NCBI GenBank assembly: GCA_030739585.1
Contig: JASLYX010000001.1
Span: forward strand, 372,452 to 436,451
From: Candidatus Bathyarchaeota archaeon
Lineage (GTDB): Archaea > Thermoproteota > Bathyarchaeia > TCS64
Direction: 5' to 3'
DNA length: 64,000 bases
In this document: piece after piece, positions 40,652-50,669 of the stretch
How the letters are laid out: the number at the start of each line of letters is the position of its first letter
Position numbering within the stretch: position 1 is the first letter of the stretch
The notes under the pieces: generated by a model
Seen by the model: the letters and a program-made list of their open reading frames with translations, nothing else
The model's database searches: none
What the model was told of the DNA's origin: nothing
Position numbers and translations under genes: made by a program

Positions 40652-42142
40652 ATGAGCCTCTTCAGGTCTAGACTGGCAAAGGAGTTCACCGATAGGAGTG
40701 CCCGGTTCCACACCTCCGTCATCGAGGACCTCCGCATTCTAGATGATGATATCAACGGCACTGAGGCCCATAATATAATGCTTTACGAGCAGGGAATAAT
40801 CCCTCGAAAAGCTCTCTCTAAGATCCTTACGGCCCTTGAGGAGATCAGGAGTCAATGGAGCGCAGGGACTGTAGAGATTGGGGCCGAGTACGAGGACATC
40901 CACGAATATATCGAGGCGAAGGTCGTCGAGAAGGTCGGTTTACACGTGGGTGGCATGATCCATACAGGCAGGAGCAGGAACGACCAAGTTGTCGTAGATA
41001 TGCGCCTCAGGACCAGGGAGGAGCTCCTCGCGATAAACACCCAGCTTATTGGCCTTATCAAGGCCCTTCTCGGACTGGCAGAGGATAATGTAGAAACACT
41101 TATGATGCTCTACACTCACGGTCAGCACGCTCAGGTGGGTACCTTCGCTCATTACCTCGTCTCCTACGCTGACGCCTTCCTCAGAGACTCACTGCGCCTC
41201 TCAGAATGTTATAGCAGAGTTAATCTAAATCCCTTGGGATCTGGCCCTATCGGGGGGACCAGTATCAACGTTGACCGCAGGAAAACCATGGAACTCCTAG
41301 GATTCGATGGACTCATCGAGAACAGCATCGACGCCACTAGCAGCAGGGACTGGGCTGTTGAGACGGCCTCCGTCTGCGCAATTCTTATGGGGAACCTGAG
41401 CAGGTCTGCCGCTGACCTCCTAGAGTGGTCCAGCGTCGAGTTCTCCTATGTTGAACTCTCAGATGAGTACTCCTCCTCAAGTAGCATCATGCCCCAGAAA
41501 AAGAATCCCAGCACATTGGAGCTGATAAGGGGTAAGTCCTCAGAAGTCTACGGCTGCCTATGTGAGCTCCTCACCATGGTGAAGGGGGTGAACAGCGGAT
41601 ACTACCAGGACCTTCAGCAGACCAAAATACCTCTCTGGCGTTGCCTTGACACCACTAAGACAAGCCTCGATGTGATGACCGGCATCATATTAACACTTAC
41701 AGTGAACAAGGTGAAAATGCGGGAACGCCTAAAAGGGAGCCTTATAGTCGCAGTAGAGCTCGCAGAGACCTTTGTCACCGAAGCTGGTCTCAGCTTCAGA
41801 GAATCCTATCAGACAGCCGCCGCCCTAGTCAGAAAGGTTATCGACGAAGGAAGAAACCTCTCAGACCTTACACCCTCAGAAATCAACGCCGTTGCCATGA
41901 AGGTCTTGGGGAAGGGAGCCCAGATCAGCCAAGAGCATCTCAACCAGGCTACTGACCCTGAGGCATGTCTCATGAAGCGGAAGTCTGAGGGAAGTCCCCA
42001 CCCGGACCACGTGAATGCAATGCTCAATAAGAGGGCAATACTTGTGGAATCAATCTGGAATGGCCTCTTAGTTAAGAGCCAAAAGATCTCTGGGGCGCTT
42101 GATTCTTTAAAAATAAAAGTTGAAAGCTATATTGAGGGATGA
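40652..42142 (+). CDS. argH: Argininosuccinate lyase
   Basis: EDIH, HTGRSRNDQV, SSIMPQKKNP. Confidence 0.95.
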   Translation: MSLFRSRLAKEFTDRSARFHTSVIEDLRILDDDINGTEAHNIMLYEQGIIPRKALSKILTALEEIRSQWSAGTVEIGAEYEDIHEYIEAKVVEKVGLHVGGMIHTGRSRNDQVVVDMRLRTREELLAINTQLIGLIKALLGLAEDNVETLMMLYTHGQHAQVGTFAHYLVSYADAFLRDSLRLSECYSRVNLNPLGSGPIGGTSINVDRRKTMELLGFDGLIENSIDATSSRDWAVETASVCAILMGNLSRSAADLLEWSSVEFSYVELSDEYSSSSSIMPQKKNPSTLELIRGKSSEVYGCLCELLTMVKGVNSGYYQDLQQTKIPLWRCLDTTKTSLDVMTGIILTLTVNKVKMRERLKGSLIVAVELAETFVTEAGLSFRESYQTAAALVRKVIDEGRNLSDLTPSEINAVAMKVLGKGAQISQEHLNQATDPEACLMKRKSEGSPHPDHVNAMLNKRAILVESIWNGLLVKSQKISGALDSLKIKVESYIEG

Positions 42143-42393
42143 TCCCTCTAGAAAACCAAAGTGGCATCCATTATTTTTAGATGTCATGTATCTGTATTAA
42201 GTCCTTAGAAAGTATATTTGAGAAAAACCCAAGTTATGTATATGTGTTTGCCAGTCCCGCATTTATACATGCAAAATCATCACCACGCTGGCAAGCCTAT
42301 GGGTCTTACCCAAGGGCTTTTCCCTCTCTTCAATATCCAATAATTTTAAAAATTAGGCCCCCCCACGTTCTTCTTCAGGATGTTCCAAATTTA

Positions 42394-42714
42394 ATGGATG
42401 AAGTTGCTACAAGGGTTGAGGTCCTAAACGACATGGTTGAGTATCAGCATGGAGCTGTTGTGAGCAGGACAATCGTGGACAAGCCCCAGGGTTCGGTCTC
42501 CATCTTCGCATTCTCTAAGGGTGAGGGGCTTAGCGAACATACGACGCCGTACGACGCCTTAGTCCAGGTCATTGATGGCGAGGTGGAGATAACTATAGGG
42601 GGCAAGTCTTTCCACCTGAAAGAAGGTGAGGTAATCGTTATGCCGGCTAACATACCTCATGCACTAAGGGCGATAGGCCAGTTCAAAATGCTCCTCGTCA
42701 TGGTAAAGACCTAA
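42394..42714 (+). CDS. Cupin domain protein
   Basis: VVSRT, GEGLSEHT, MPANIPHAL; the ORF-track upstream extension is judged spurious. Confidence 0.88.
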   Translation: MDEVATRVEVLNDMVEYQHGAVVSRTIVDKPQGSVSIFAFSKGEGLSEHTTPYDALVQVIDGEVEITIGGKSFHLKEGEVIVMPANIPHALRAIGQFKMLLVMVKT

Positions 42715-42740
42715 CCAAAACTAGAAAATGGTCTATTAGA

Positions 42741-43064
42741 TCAACCTAATAAAACGTGCGCATAGGTTGTGCCTTGGCAGAGGCGCGTCTCGAGGTGCAC
42801 CTCCTCCGACTCATAAAGCTGGTTTGCACCATAAATGACCCCTCTTTCTAATGATATATAGCATCTTGGGGCTATGATACTATTTTTCTGATCTCTGTTG
42901 ATAACTGAGAAGATATAATTGAGTACCTTCTGGTCATCTCCTAAAACAGGATCGGTGAATCCCTTGGCTTCAAGCTTCGATGCATAACTTGAAGTTAGAT
43001 CCACAAGCTAACTCTTCTTTAGCAGTTCTCCAAGCTTATCTGGGTTGTATTTTTTGAGTCTCAT
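42741..43064 (-). pseudogene. Unknown ORF interrupted by an in-frame TAG
   Basis: ATG 43064 MRLKKYNPDKLGELLKKS*LVDLTSSY... with TAG at 43008-43010, same frame to TGA 42741. Confidence 0.4.
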
Positions 43065-43172
43065 TCAATTCACAAAAAATTGTATCATTTTTTATCTAAA
43101 CAGTGAGGATCTTCATCCCCATAGTTATGTTACTTTTATATCTTGAGGCGTGAGGAGTGATACCGTGATTGC

Positions 43173-43967
43173 ATGCCTATAATCACCCTCCTAACGGACT
43201 ATGGTATCAAGGACTCCTACGTCGCCGAGATAAAAGGAACCATCCTTAGAATCCTTCCCAATGCTACTATCGTCGACATCAGCCACGACATTGGGAACTT
43301 CAGCATCGATGAGGGTGCATTTCATTTAGCACGGAGCGTCCCCCACTTTCCTGAGAATACCGTCCATGTCGGTGTTGTCGACCCCGGAGTCGGGAGTAGT
43401 CGAAAGGGAATATTCATCAAGACAAAGGGGGCATGGCTCGTTGGCCCCGACAACGGCCTTCTTGCCCCTGCTGCTGAGCGCCTCGGCGTCGAGAATATCT
43501 ACGAGATCTCATACAGAGAGCTCCTTCCCGAAAAGATCTCGGACGTTTTCGATGGTCGGGACACATTTGGTCCCACAGGAGCCCTCCTCGCAAAAGGGGT
43601 GGACCCTGGACTGATCGGCCCCGAGATCAAAGACTATATCCGGATCCCCATGTACGTGCCGACCATAACGGATGACGGAGTCGAGGCTACCATCATCCAC
43701 GTGGATGGATTTGGCAATATGGTGACAAACATTACGTATGATGTGCTGAACCGAATGGGAGTCAACGTTGACTCTGTCTTCGATGTTGAGATCTCGGGAA
43801 AAAAGTTAAAATTACCTTATGTGCGGAGATTCTCAGCAGTACCTGAGGGAGAGCTTCTGACCGTTGTTGCTGGAGGCGGTTACATGGAGTTTGCCGTCAA
43901 TCAGGGTAACGCCCATAACCAGCTCGGCGTTGGGAAGGGCGAGAAGGTCCGTATCACCCTGAGGTAG
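43173..43967 (+). CDS. SAM hydroxide adenosyltransferase / halogenase family protein (DUF62)
   Basis: LLTDYG, DISH, VVDPGVG..R, GPDNG, FDGRD, DGFGN, EFAVNQG. Confidence 0.92.
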   Translation: MPIITLLTDYGIKDSYVAEIKGTILRILPNATIVDISHDIGNFSIDEGAFHLARSVPHFPENTVHVGVVDPGVGSSRKGIFIKTKGAWLVGPDNGLLAPAAERLGVENIYEISYRELLPEKISDVFDGRDTFGPTGALLAKGVDPGLIGPEIKDYIRIPMYVPTITDDGVEATIIHVDGFGNMVTNITYDVLNRMGVNVDSVFDVEISGKKLKLPYVRRFSAVPEGELLTVVAGGGYMEFAVNQGNAHNQLGVGKGEKVRITLR

Positions 43968-44452
43968 GCTCTTTAGATTGGATCGTTTCCCTCGGCTTTA
44001 TTCTTCCATTTTTCCAATGATAAATCCGAGACATTTTAGACTGCAGAGCCCCTCGCCTCGTTCTTAACAAATATTCTGGCGATTCCAAGGTTCTCTTTTA
44101 GATAATCGACTGGGAATAACGAAGCTGTGGAGATCTATAAGGATCATCTTCAGGTTTACTGTAGTCCTATTGACACGTGCTGAATGAAATAGTCTTACCT
44201 TGGCCAATATCTTAATGATAATCCTCCGAACGCGTTGTTGTATTTTTTTAGTCATAATGATTTATTCGAGAACAATAGTTTTGCACCTTAATATCTCATT
44301 AAAACGACGAAGCCTTGATTTTTTACACTCTAATGTAAATTTTTAAAGAATAATTTGTTACAAATGTCCTTATTACGATAAAGTCTTGGATAAAGTTTGA
44401 TTTCTTAGAAATACCTACTAACTGTTCGGGAACCGTAAACCCCAAGATCAAA

Positions 44453-44800
44453 GTGTTAGTGAATACCTCTATGCCAAACGGTCTCAATCATCGACAAGAC
44501 GGAGGAAATCTCGGGAACTCCGAGAATGGGTGTAGTGAGGATTTAGATCCACTAGATGAATTATTCCAACTGGACAATATAATGTGTACAGCATTAGAAA
44601 AGGAGGCTCTGGTGCTTCTAACCCAACTGTTCCAAAATATAGAGGAATATTACGCGCTGCGGGGGCAGATCAATGATGTTATGGTAAAGGACCATGTCTT
44701 GAAGGATAGGATAAAAGGCCTCTTGGACTCCCTCATAAAGGGGCTGCTTATGGAGCAAATCTACCTGGGAAAAGAGTTTACTGGTGTTACCACCCTGTGA
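44453..44800 (+). CDS. Hypothetical protein
   Basis: 115-codon ORF with a helical acidic C-terminal half; no motif. Confidence 0.5.
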   Translation: MLVNTSMPNGLNHRQDGGNLGNSENGCSEDLDPLDELFQLDNIMCTALEKEALVLLTQLFQNIEEYYALRGQINDVMVKDHVLKDRIKGLLDSLIKGLLMEQIYLGKEFTGVTTL

Positions 44801-45158
44801 ACCTAGATATTTCGCGCGTTATCACCATTCTTGGCTAACTTATGTCTTCTGAGTACCTCACCTTGGTCCTTCCCATGGGCTGACACTTTACGTAGCTGGG
44901 AGAGGTCTTCCTCAGCACTGGACTTTCAATGCGTTACCTCTTCTGAAGACAAAACATCGAGTGTAAAATAGCGTGAGAGAGAATCCTATAATCCTTATTG
45001 TTGGATGAATCTATCTTGATTTGTGAACTTGGAGTCCATCTCAATGAAGCCTTTTTTATTTAGACCTCTTGATGTAACCTATCTATTTCATTGAATAGAG
45101 TTATCGATTCTCGATAAATATGTTTACTGAGATTGATGAAGGGTGTCTTTAAACTCTC

Positions 45159-45977
45159 TCATCCCTCGCTATCGTGGCCGTACAACGATTTGGAGTCGTG
45201 TGTTCCTTGGAAGGAGTAGTGTCCTGACATTAACCCTCCGTCTACAAGGAAAATTTGCCCAGTGATCCATTCTGCTTCACTTGTGCATAGAAAAAGAACC
45301 ATGTTGGCGATATCAGATGGGACCCCGATGCGCCCTAGTGGCACCTGTTCCAAATAGCTGGTTCTGTATGCCTCGGACAGATTGATCTCTCCTCTTTGCA
45401 CGGGGACATCGATCAGCCCCGGAGCAACGGCATTGACATTAATCCCATGCTTGGCCAATTCCAAAGCTGCCACCTTTGTTAGCATATTCAAGCCTCCTTT
45501 GGATGAGCAATGGGGACCCGCTTTGAGTCTACCCATCACTGATGCAGCGGAGGATATGTTCACAATCTTACCCCCTCCCGTTTGAGCTATCATCCGTCGT
45601 CCGACGTGTTTGATAGTAAGAAACGGACCGGTGAGCTGGACCTCAATCTGCCTGTCCCAAGCCTCCCGCTCCATTTCAACAAGCAATTTGTGGACGCTAA
45701 TACCTGCGTTGTTTATCAAGATATCAATCCGTCCAAAATGATTCTGAACCTTCTCCACCAAGGTTCTTACTTGGTCTTCCTCTGTTACATCGGCGTTTAT
45801 CGATAGAGCCGTCCCCCCTGAGTTTACTATTTTATCTGCTGTTCTTTTTCCGGCCGAGTCGTTGATATCTGCGATTACCACCTTAGCCCCTTCAGCGGCG
45901 AATCTATTTGCTATGACTAATCCTATGCCGTTGCCCCCACCGGTCACAATGACTACTTTTCCGTTAAAGCGTTCCAT
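45159..45977 (-). CDS. SDR family oxidoreductase (FabG-like)
   Basis: TGGGNGIG, NNAG, NISS, VNAVAPG, VDGG; catalytic YxxxK reads HCSSK. Confidence 0.92.
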   Translation of the reverse strand: MERFNGKVVIVTGGGNGIGLVIANRFAAEGAKVVIADINDSAGKRTADKIVNSGGTALSINADVTEEDQVRTLVEKVQNHFGRIDILINNAGISVHKLLVEMEREAWDRQIEVQLTGPFLTIKHVGRRMIAQTGGGKIVNISSAASVMGRLKAGPHCSSKGGLNMLTKVAALELAKHGINVNAVAPGLIDVPVQRGEINLSEAYRTSYLEQVPLGRIGVPSDIANMVLFLCTSEAEWITGQIFLVDGGLMSGHYSFQGTHDSKSLYGHDSEG

Positions 45978-46192
45978 CCAGATTCATCCTTATATTTGCT
46001 GGAGTTTTTTTATAACATTATTGCGTACGCAAAATGGTTGTTCCACATAATTCAATAATTCCTCATTCGCTCAACACGGATGACGTGCAGGGTGTTCACA
46101 CGCACGCGAGCATGTAAAACATTGCACGCTATAATTAGATGTGATTTAAACTCAATTCTTATTTGTTCCTTCAATGAATACTATTGATCCTT

Positions 46193-46312
46193 ATGAGCCC
46201 TCGTACGGTCAGCTGCCCCGCGTGCGGCTATACTGCCAATATCCTGACCCGGCAGGGGAAGACTGAGCTCCGATGCCCTAAATGCAACAAGGATTTCTCA
46301 GTCTGGCAATGA
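46193..46312 (+). CDS. 39-aa CPxCG-type zinc-finger microprotein
   Basis: Below the ORF-track cutoff. Hand translation MSPRTVSCPACGYTANILTRQGKTELRCPKCNKDFSVWQ*. Confidence 0.75.
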   Translation: MSPRTVSCPACGYTANILTRQGKTELRCPKCNKDFSVWQ

Positions 46313-46324
46313 AGAAATTGGGGG

Positions 46325-48121
46325 CTATATACTCCTTTTCACTACTTTTCCCGATGCTAAGCCCGTATACTCGCCTTTCTTCACTGCAGCGGTGCCGTTG
46401 ACATAGACGTGCTCTATTCCCTCTGGGTATCGGCGAGTCTCAACAGGGTCTCCGGTGACCTTTAGACGGTCCCAGTCGAAAAGGACTATGTCGGCATAGC
46501 TTCCCGGCGTTAGTGTACCCCTCCCCTTAAGGCAGTGCTGCCTCGCTGCAGTGGTGGACATCTTGTCAATTGCCTCTTCGAGGCTGAGAAGTTTGGTCTC
46601 CTTGACATAATGGATAAGAAACCCTGGGAAGCCACTGAAAGCGTTTATTCCAGGCATCCTATAGGGTGGCATCTCCTGCGTTCTTGTGTGATCAACGAGT
46701 CTTTGGTCAAGGCTTAGGCATCCTGCGGGATGTTTGAAAAAGAGGGCCCTGTAGGGCTTCCACGGAAAGTTGCCGCTTTCTGCAACCCCTACTGCTACTC
46801 CTCGAGCGTGTGGATCCTCGCATACGAGGTCAAAGTAGGTTTGCAGCTTGGGTTTTTGGAGCTCCTCAGCTATGGTTCCCACTGTCTTGTTATTGTAATC
46901 TCTGTTCTTGTGTTTTACGACCCAGAGGTTCTCTGCCCACTGGGGGTTGGTGTTGGGGTTATAGGCGAGGCGGATAAACCACTTTCCCCCTGAGATGGCG
47001 TCAATAACCTCCTTCCGGTAATCAGGGACCTTGAGCCACTCAGCAAAGGCCTCTCGGCTTCCCTGCTCCCTGAGCCACGGGGTGAGCAGGCTGCTGAGAT
47101 AGGGCATGACCCCAAAGCCTGCAAAGATAAACCAGGGCATTGCGTCATAGGTAAGGTTGAGTCCCTCCTCCCTGGCGTCGTCGATGAACTGAAGGGTGGC
47201 CCTTATATTCATCTCCTCCATCATGTCGTTCCCCTCTGGGATAAGCCTCCACCCCGGAGTTAGGTGGGCAAGGTGGGTTGGGACACCGGTAATACGACAG
47301 GTCTCTATGCTTTCAAGGATGCCATCCACCTTGTTACTCCGGGTATCACCAAATTTGACGTCCCGGCGCCTCCCCGTCCTCCTCCAGTGGGGGCAGTAAA
47401 CAGAACCATCATACTCGTTGAGAACCTCTACGCAGGCGTTGATCTCATCTATATGGGCGTAGACGCTGGGATCGTAGTCAAGGCCACTGCTCATCCCAAT
47501 ACAGCCCTCGTCCATGGCATCCCGGATGAGCTTTTTCATCTCCCCAAGTTCCTCCTCGGTGCTGTGGCGCTTGTAGTCCTCTCCCATAACCCTGATCCTA
47601 ACGGTGCCCTGACCTACTAGTGGAGCCATATTTAAGCTAATTCCGATCGACTCAATCCTTTCGAACCACTCCCCCATTGTGTTCCAGTCCACGGTCCAGC
47701 CGTATTTCTCAGCCATGATCTCGTTAACCTTGTCCCGAGAGTAGAGCTGCTTCTCCGGGTAGTACTTATGGGGCTCGATCTTTTGGATGTGATCTCTGGC
47801 GAGGCCAGGGAGGCCGATCATGTTCCCGATTGGGGCAGCGGAGCCCCCGCACTGGCCCCCAACGAAGGTGGTAATACCCTGCATAATGTAGCTGTTCAGC
47901 CTCGGATAAAACAAGATGGTGTGATCGCTGTGGCTATGGGCGTCGATCCATCCCGGGGAGGCGATGAGTCCCTCAGCATTAACTACCTCTGCAGCATCCC
48001 CCTTCACCTCTCCAAGCGAAGTGATCCTGTCGCCCATGACCCCAATGGAACCAGTGTAGCTTTCCCTCCCGGTCCCGTCGACAATACGGGCGTTCTCGAT
48101 CAGAATATCATGATCAGACAT
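46325..48121 (-). CDS. D-aminoacylase-like amidohydrolase
   Basis: PGWIDAHSHSD, QGITT..GQCG, SSGLDY, GSYADIVLFD. Confidence 0.9.
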   Translation of the reverse strand: MSDHDILIENARIVDGTGRESYTGSIGVMGDRITSLGEVKGDAAEVVNAEGLIASPGWIDAHSHSDHTILFYPRLNSYIMQGITTFVGGQCGGSAAPIGNMIGLPGLARDHIQKIEPHKYYPEKQLYSRDKVNEIMAEKYGWTVDWNTMGEWFERIESIGISLNMAPLVGQGTVRIRVMGEDYKRHSTEEELGEMKKLIRDAMDEGCIGMSSGLDYDPSVYAHIDEINACVEVLNEYDGSVYCPHWRRTGRRRDVKFGDTRSNKVDGILESIETCRITGVPTHLAHLTPGWRLIPEGNDMMEEMNIRATLQFIDDAREEGLNLTYDAMPWFIFAGFGVMPYLSSLLTPWLREQGSREAFAEWLKVPDYRKEVIDAISGGKWFIRLAYNPNTNPQWAENLWVVKHKNRDYNNKTVGTIAEELQKPKLQTYFDLVCEDPHARGVAVGVAESGNFPWKPYRALFFKHPAGCLSLDQRLVDHTRTQEMPPYRMPGINAFSGFPGFLIHYVKETKLLSLEEAIDKMSTTAARQHCLKGRGTLTPGSYADIVLFDWDRLKVTGDPVETRRYPEGIEHVYVNGTAAVKKGEYTGLASGKVVKRSI

Positions 48122-48272
48122 GTTGATGGAAATTGTTTCACCCGATATTTATTACTAGGTGTCTTGAATATCCCATCCCCAACAACGTACTTGTGGAAAA
48201 TGTTTTCTACTCAACTAGCATCTCTTGATAGGGACTGTTATATTGGATCTACTCCCCTTCTGAGGCACTGTG

Positions 48273-48520
48273 TTCCAAATTGGTAAAGTTGTACAGATTA
48301 GCGATTGGGTCTTTCCGGTCGATAACGATTGCATCAAAGACATAAGCAAGATAATAAAACTCAATGCGAAAACCTCAACATACAGAGTCATTGACGCCTA
48401 GAACAAGATAGTGATGCCAGGCCTATGAGACGAGAACCGCCACGCTGACTATGCCCTCCTCTGGAGCCTAGGATACTACAACATGCACTTAGACCAGCTC
48501 ACAACACATCTATGCTGAAG
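48273..48520 (+). pseudogene. N-terminal relic of another D-aminoacylase-like gene
   Basis: Hand translation QIGKVV...RVIDA*NKIVMPGL*DENRHADYALL...QLTT; stops at 48399 and 48426; aligns to VIDA.G..V.PGFID.H.HAD. Confidence 0.6.
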
Positions 48521-48690
48521 GCTCAACTGAGTGGTTGTGGCCTACCGGGGTAATCCTCACGGCTCTGTAGCGCCTTATGTTTAGGATAACTTGAAACCAC
48601 GCGTGCGAAGGTATGGGGGTTTGCGCGCGATTGAACCTCCCCAGAAAGTTATTTGAAGCTTAAAAACATCCTTATCAACAAGGATATTAA

Positions 48691-49836
48691 ATGAACTTCG
48701 AACTCACAGAGGAGCAAGAAGAGATCAAGCAGGCTGTCAGGGAGTTCGCTGAGAAGGAGTTCACTCCCGAGCTGGCCCGGGAGTACGACCGGAAGGAGGA
48801 GTTCCCTATGGAACTCTACAGGAAGGCAGCCCAGCTTGGATTCATCGGTCTCCACTTTGACGAAGAATACGGGGGCCAGGGCTACGGCCTTACTGAGCTT
48901 TGCCTTTGTATCGAGGAGCTCTGTCGGGCTGACTCTACCCTTGGCACCTCGATCCTCATCGGCTCCTTTGGGAGCGACATGATCCATATGTTTGGCACCG
49001 AATGGCAGATGCGAAAGTACCTTCCAAAGGTTATTTCCGGAGATTGGATATCCTCCGGGGCATTCACCGAGCCAGCCCGGGGCAGCGATATCACCATGGT
49101 CGATACTACGGCGGCTAAAGATGAAGATGGATATGTTGTCAACGGTTCCAAGACCCTCATAAGCAATGCCCCCATCGCCGACTTTGGGGTCATCCTCTGC
49201 CAGACCGACCCCGGGGTTCAGCATCGGGGGAGTAGCCTCCTTGTTTTAGACAAAGGGATCCCTGGCTTCGACAGTAATCCGATCCACGGCAAGATGGGAA
49301 TAAGGGCATCCCTAATAGGGGAGTACTCATTCAGCGATGTCAGGGTGCCTACCGAGGCCCTCGTCGGTGTCGAGAACATGGGATTTTACCACACCCTCGA
49401 GTTTCTCGATGTGGGGAGAGTCGCCGTCTCTGCCCAGGTCGTAGGGATGGCCCAGGGAGCCCTGGACAGGGCCCTCGCCTACGCCAAGGAGAGGAGGCAG
49501 TTCGACCGCCCCCTCACCGATTTCCAAGCCATCCAACATAAGATCGCCGATATTGCTACTAACATCGAGGCCGCCCGGTTAATGACCTACAAGGCCGCCT
49601 GGCACATTGACAAGGGGAGAATCATCCCAAAGTGGAGCTGCATGGCCAAGAACTTTGCAACAGTAGCCGCTGGCCGCAGCGTTTCCGAAGCCCTCCAAAT
49701 TTTCGGCGGATACGGCTACATATCGGAGTATGACATAGAGCGCATCTATAGGGATGTCAGGGTTACCGAAATCTACGAAGGCACCACAGAGATCCAAAAG
49801 AACATGGTCGCAAGATTCCTAATACGGGGAGAATGA
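48691..49836 (+). CDS. Acyl-CoA dehydrogenase
   Basis: FTEPARGSD, NGSK, KMGIRAS, RRQF, GGYGY, IYEGTTEIQ. Confidence 0.96.
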   Translation: MNFELTEEQEEIKQAVREFAEKEFTPELAREYDRKEEFPMELYRKAAQLGFIGLHFDEEYGGQGYGLTELCLCIEELCRADSTLGTSILIGSFGSDMIHMFGTEWQMRKYLPKVISGDWISSGAFTEPARGSDITMVDTTAAKDEDGYVVNGSKTLISNAPIADFGVILCQTDPGVQHRGSSLLVLDKGIPGFDSNPIHGKMGIRASLIGEYSFSDVRVPTEALVGVENMGFYHTLEFLDVGRVAVSAQVVGMAQGALDRALAYAKERRQFDRPLTDFQAIQHKIADIATNIEAARLMTYKAAWHIDKGRIIPKWSCMAKNFATVAAGRSVSEALQIFGGYGYISEYDIERIYRDVRVTEIYEGTTEIQKNMVARFLIRGE

Positions 49837-49874
49837 TCCCTTATCCCCTTCTTTCATATAAAAAAAAGAAAAAG

Positions 49875-50669
49875 TTACTTTCCCTTAAACTTGGGCTTCC
49901 GCCTTTCGAAGAAAGCTGAAATCCCCTCAATGATGTCCTCGGTCTCAGCCAGGGTCCCGAAGGAGGCAGCTTCCATCTTGAGGCCCTTTTCGAGCGAGAG
50001 CTGACTCCCTAAGTTCATCACTCGCTTCGCGACCTTCAAGGCAACTGGAGGCCCTGCAGCCAGTCTTTTCGCAAGGGCCTCTGCCTCCTCGTAGAGGTTG
50101 TCCAGAGGCACCACCTTGTGGACGAGACCAATCCTAAAAGCATTTTCCGCGGACATCCTGTCACCGAGGAATACCATCTCCTTCGCCCTCCCGAGCCCAA
50201 TCAACCTGCTAAGCCTTTGAGTTCCACCCCAACCCGGGATAATCCCCAAGTTCACTTCGGGGCTCCCCAACTGCGCTGACTCTGACACCACCCTAAAGTC
50301 ACAGGCTAGGACGATCTCGAGGGCCCCGCCAAGACAGAAGCCGTGAATGGCCGCAATGAACGGCTTGGGGGACGCCTCGATCCTGTCCATGAGTCTCTGC
50401 CCCCTTTCTGAGGTTGCAATAGCTCCCTCTGGGCTCAGATCCGAAAAGATGGTGAGATCTGCACCCGCGCTAAAGCCCCTGTCTCCATCACCCTTAAGGA
50501 TAATGCACCTTACCTCATCATCAGCGTCGACCTTTTCGACAGCTGCTGAGACCTCGTCAATCATCTCGAGGTTGAAGGCATTCATTCGTCCAGGACGATT
50601 TAGGGTGATCCAAAAGATCCTGTCCTTTTTCTCAGTTAGTATCGTATCGTAACGGGATTTCTTAGCCAT
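49875..50669 (-). CDS. Enoyl-CoA hydratase/isomerase
   Basis: FSAGAD, GGALE, PEVNLGIIPGWGGTQRL. Confidence 0.95.
   Translation of the reverse strand: MAKKSRYDTILTEKKDRIFWITLNRPGRMNAFNLEMIDEVSAAVEKVDADDEVRCIILKGDGDRGFSAGADLTIFSDLSPEGAIATSERGQRLMDRIEASPKPFIAAIHGFCLGGALEIVLACDFRVVSESAQLGSPEVNLGIIPGWGGTQRLSRLIGLGRAKEMVFLGDRMSAENAFRIGLVHKVVPLDNLYEEAEALAKRLAAGPPVALKVAKRVMNLGSQLSLEKGLKMEAASFGTLAETEDIIEGISAFFERRKPKFKGK

Noticed and set aside
42181-42393. Upstream extension of the cupin ORF containing AYGSYPR, like the D-aminoacylase motif
   Set aside because: Isolated 7-residue match in low-quality sequence; the cupin aligns from ATG 42394
44064-44255. 63-aa basic ORF
   Set aside because: No motif; composition consistent with a chance ORF in AT-rich DNA
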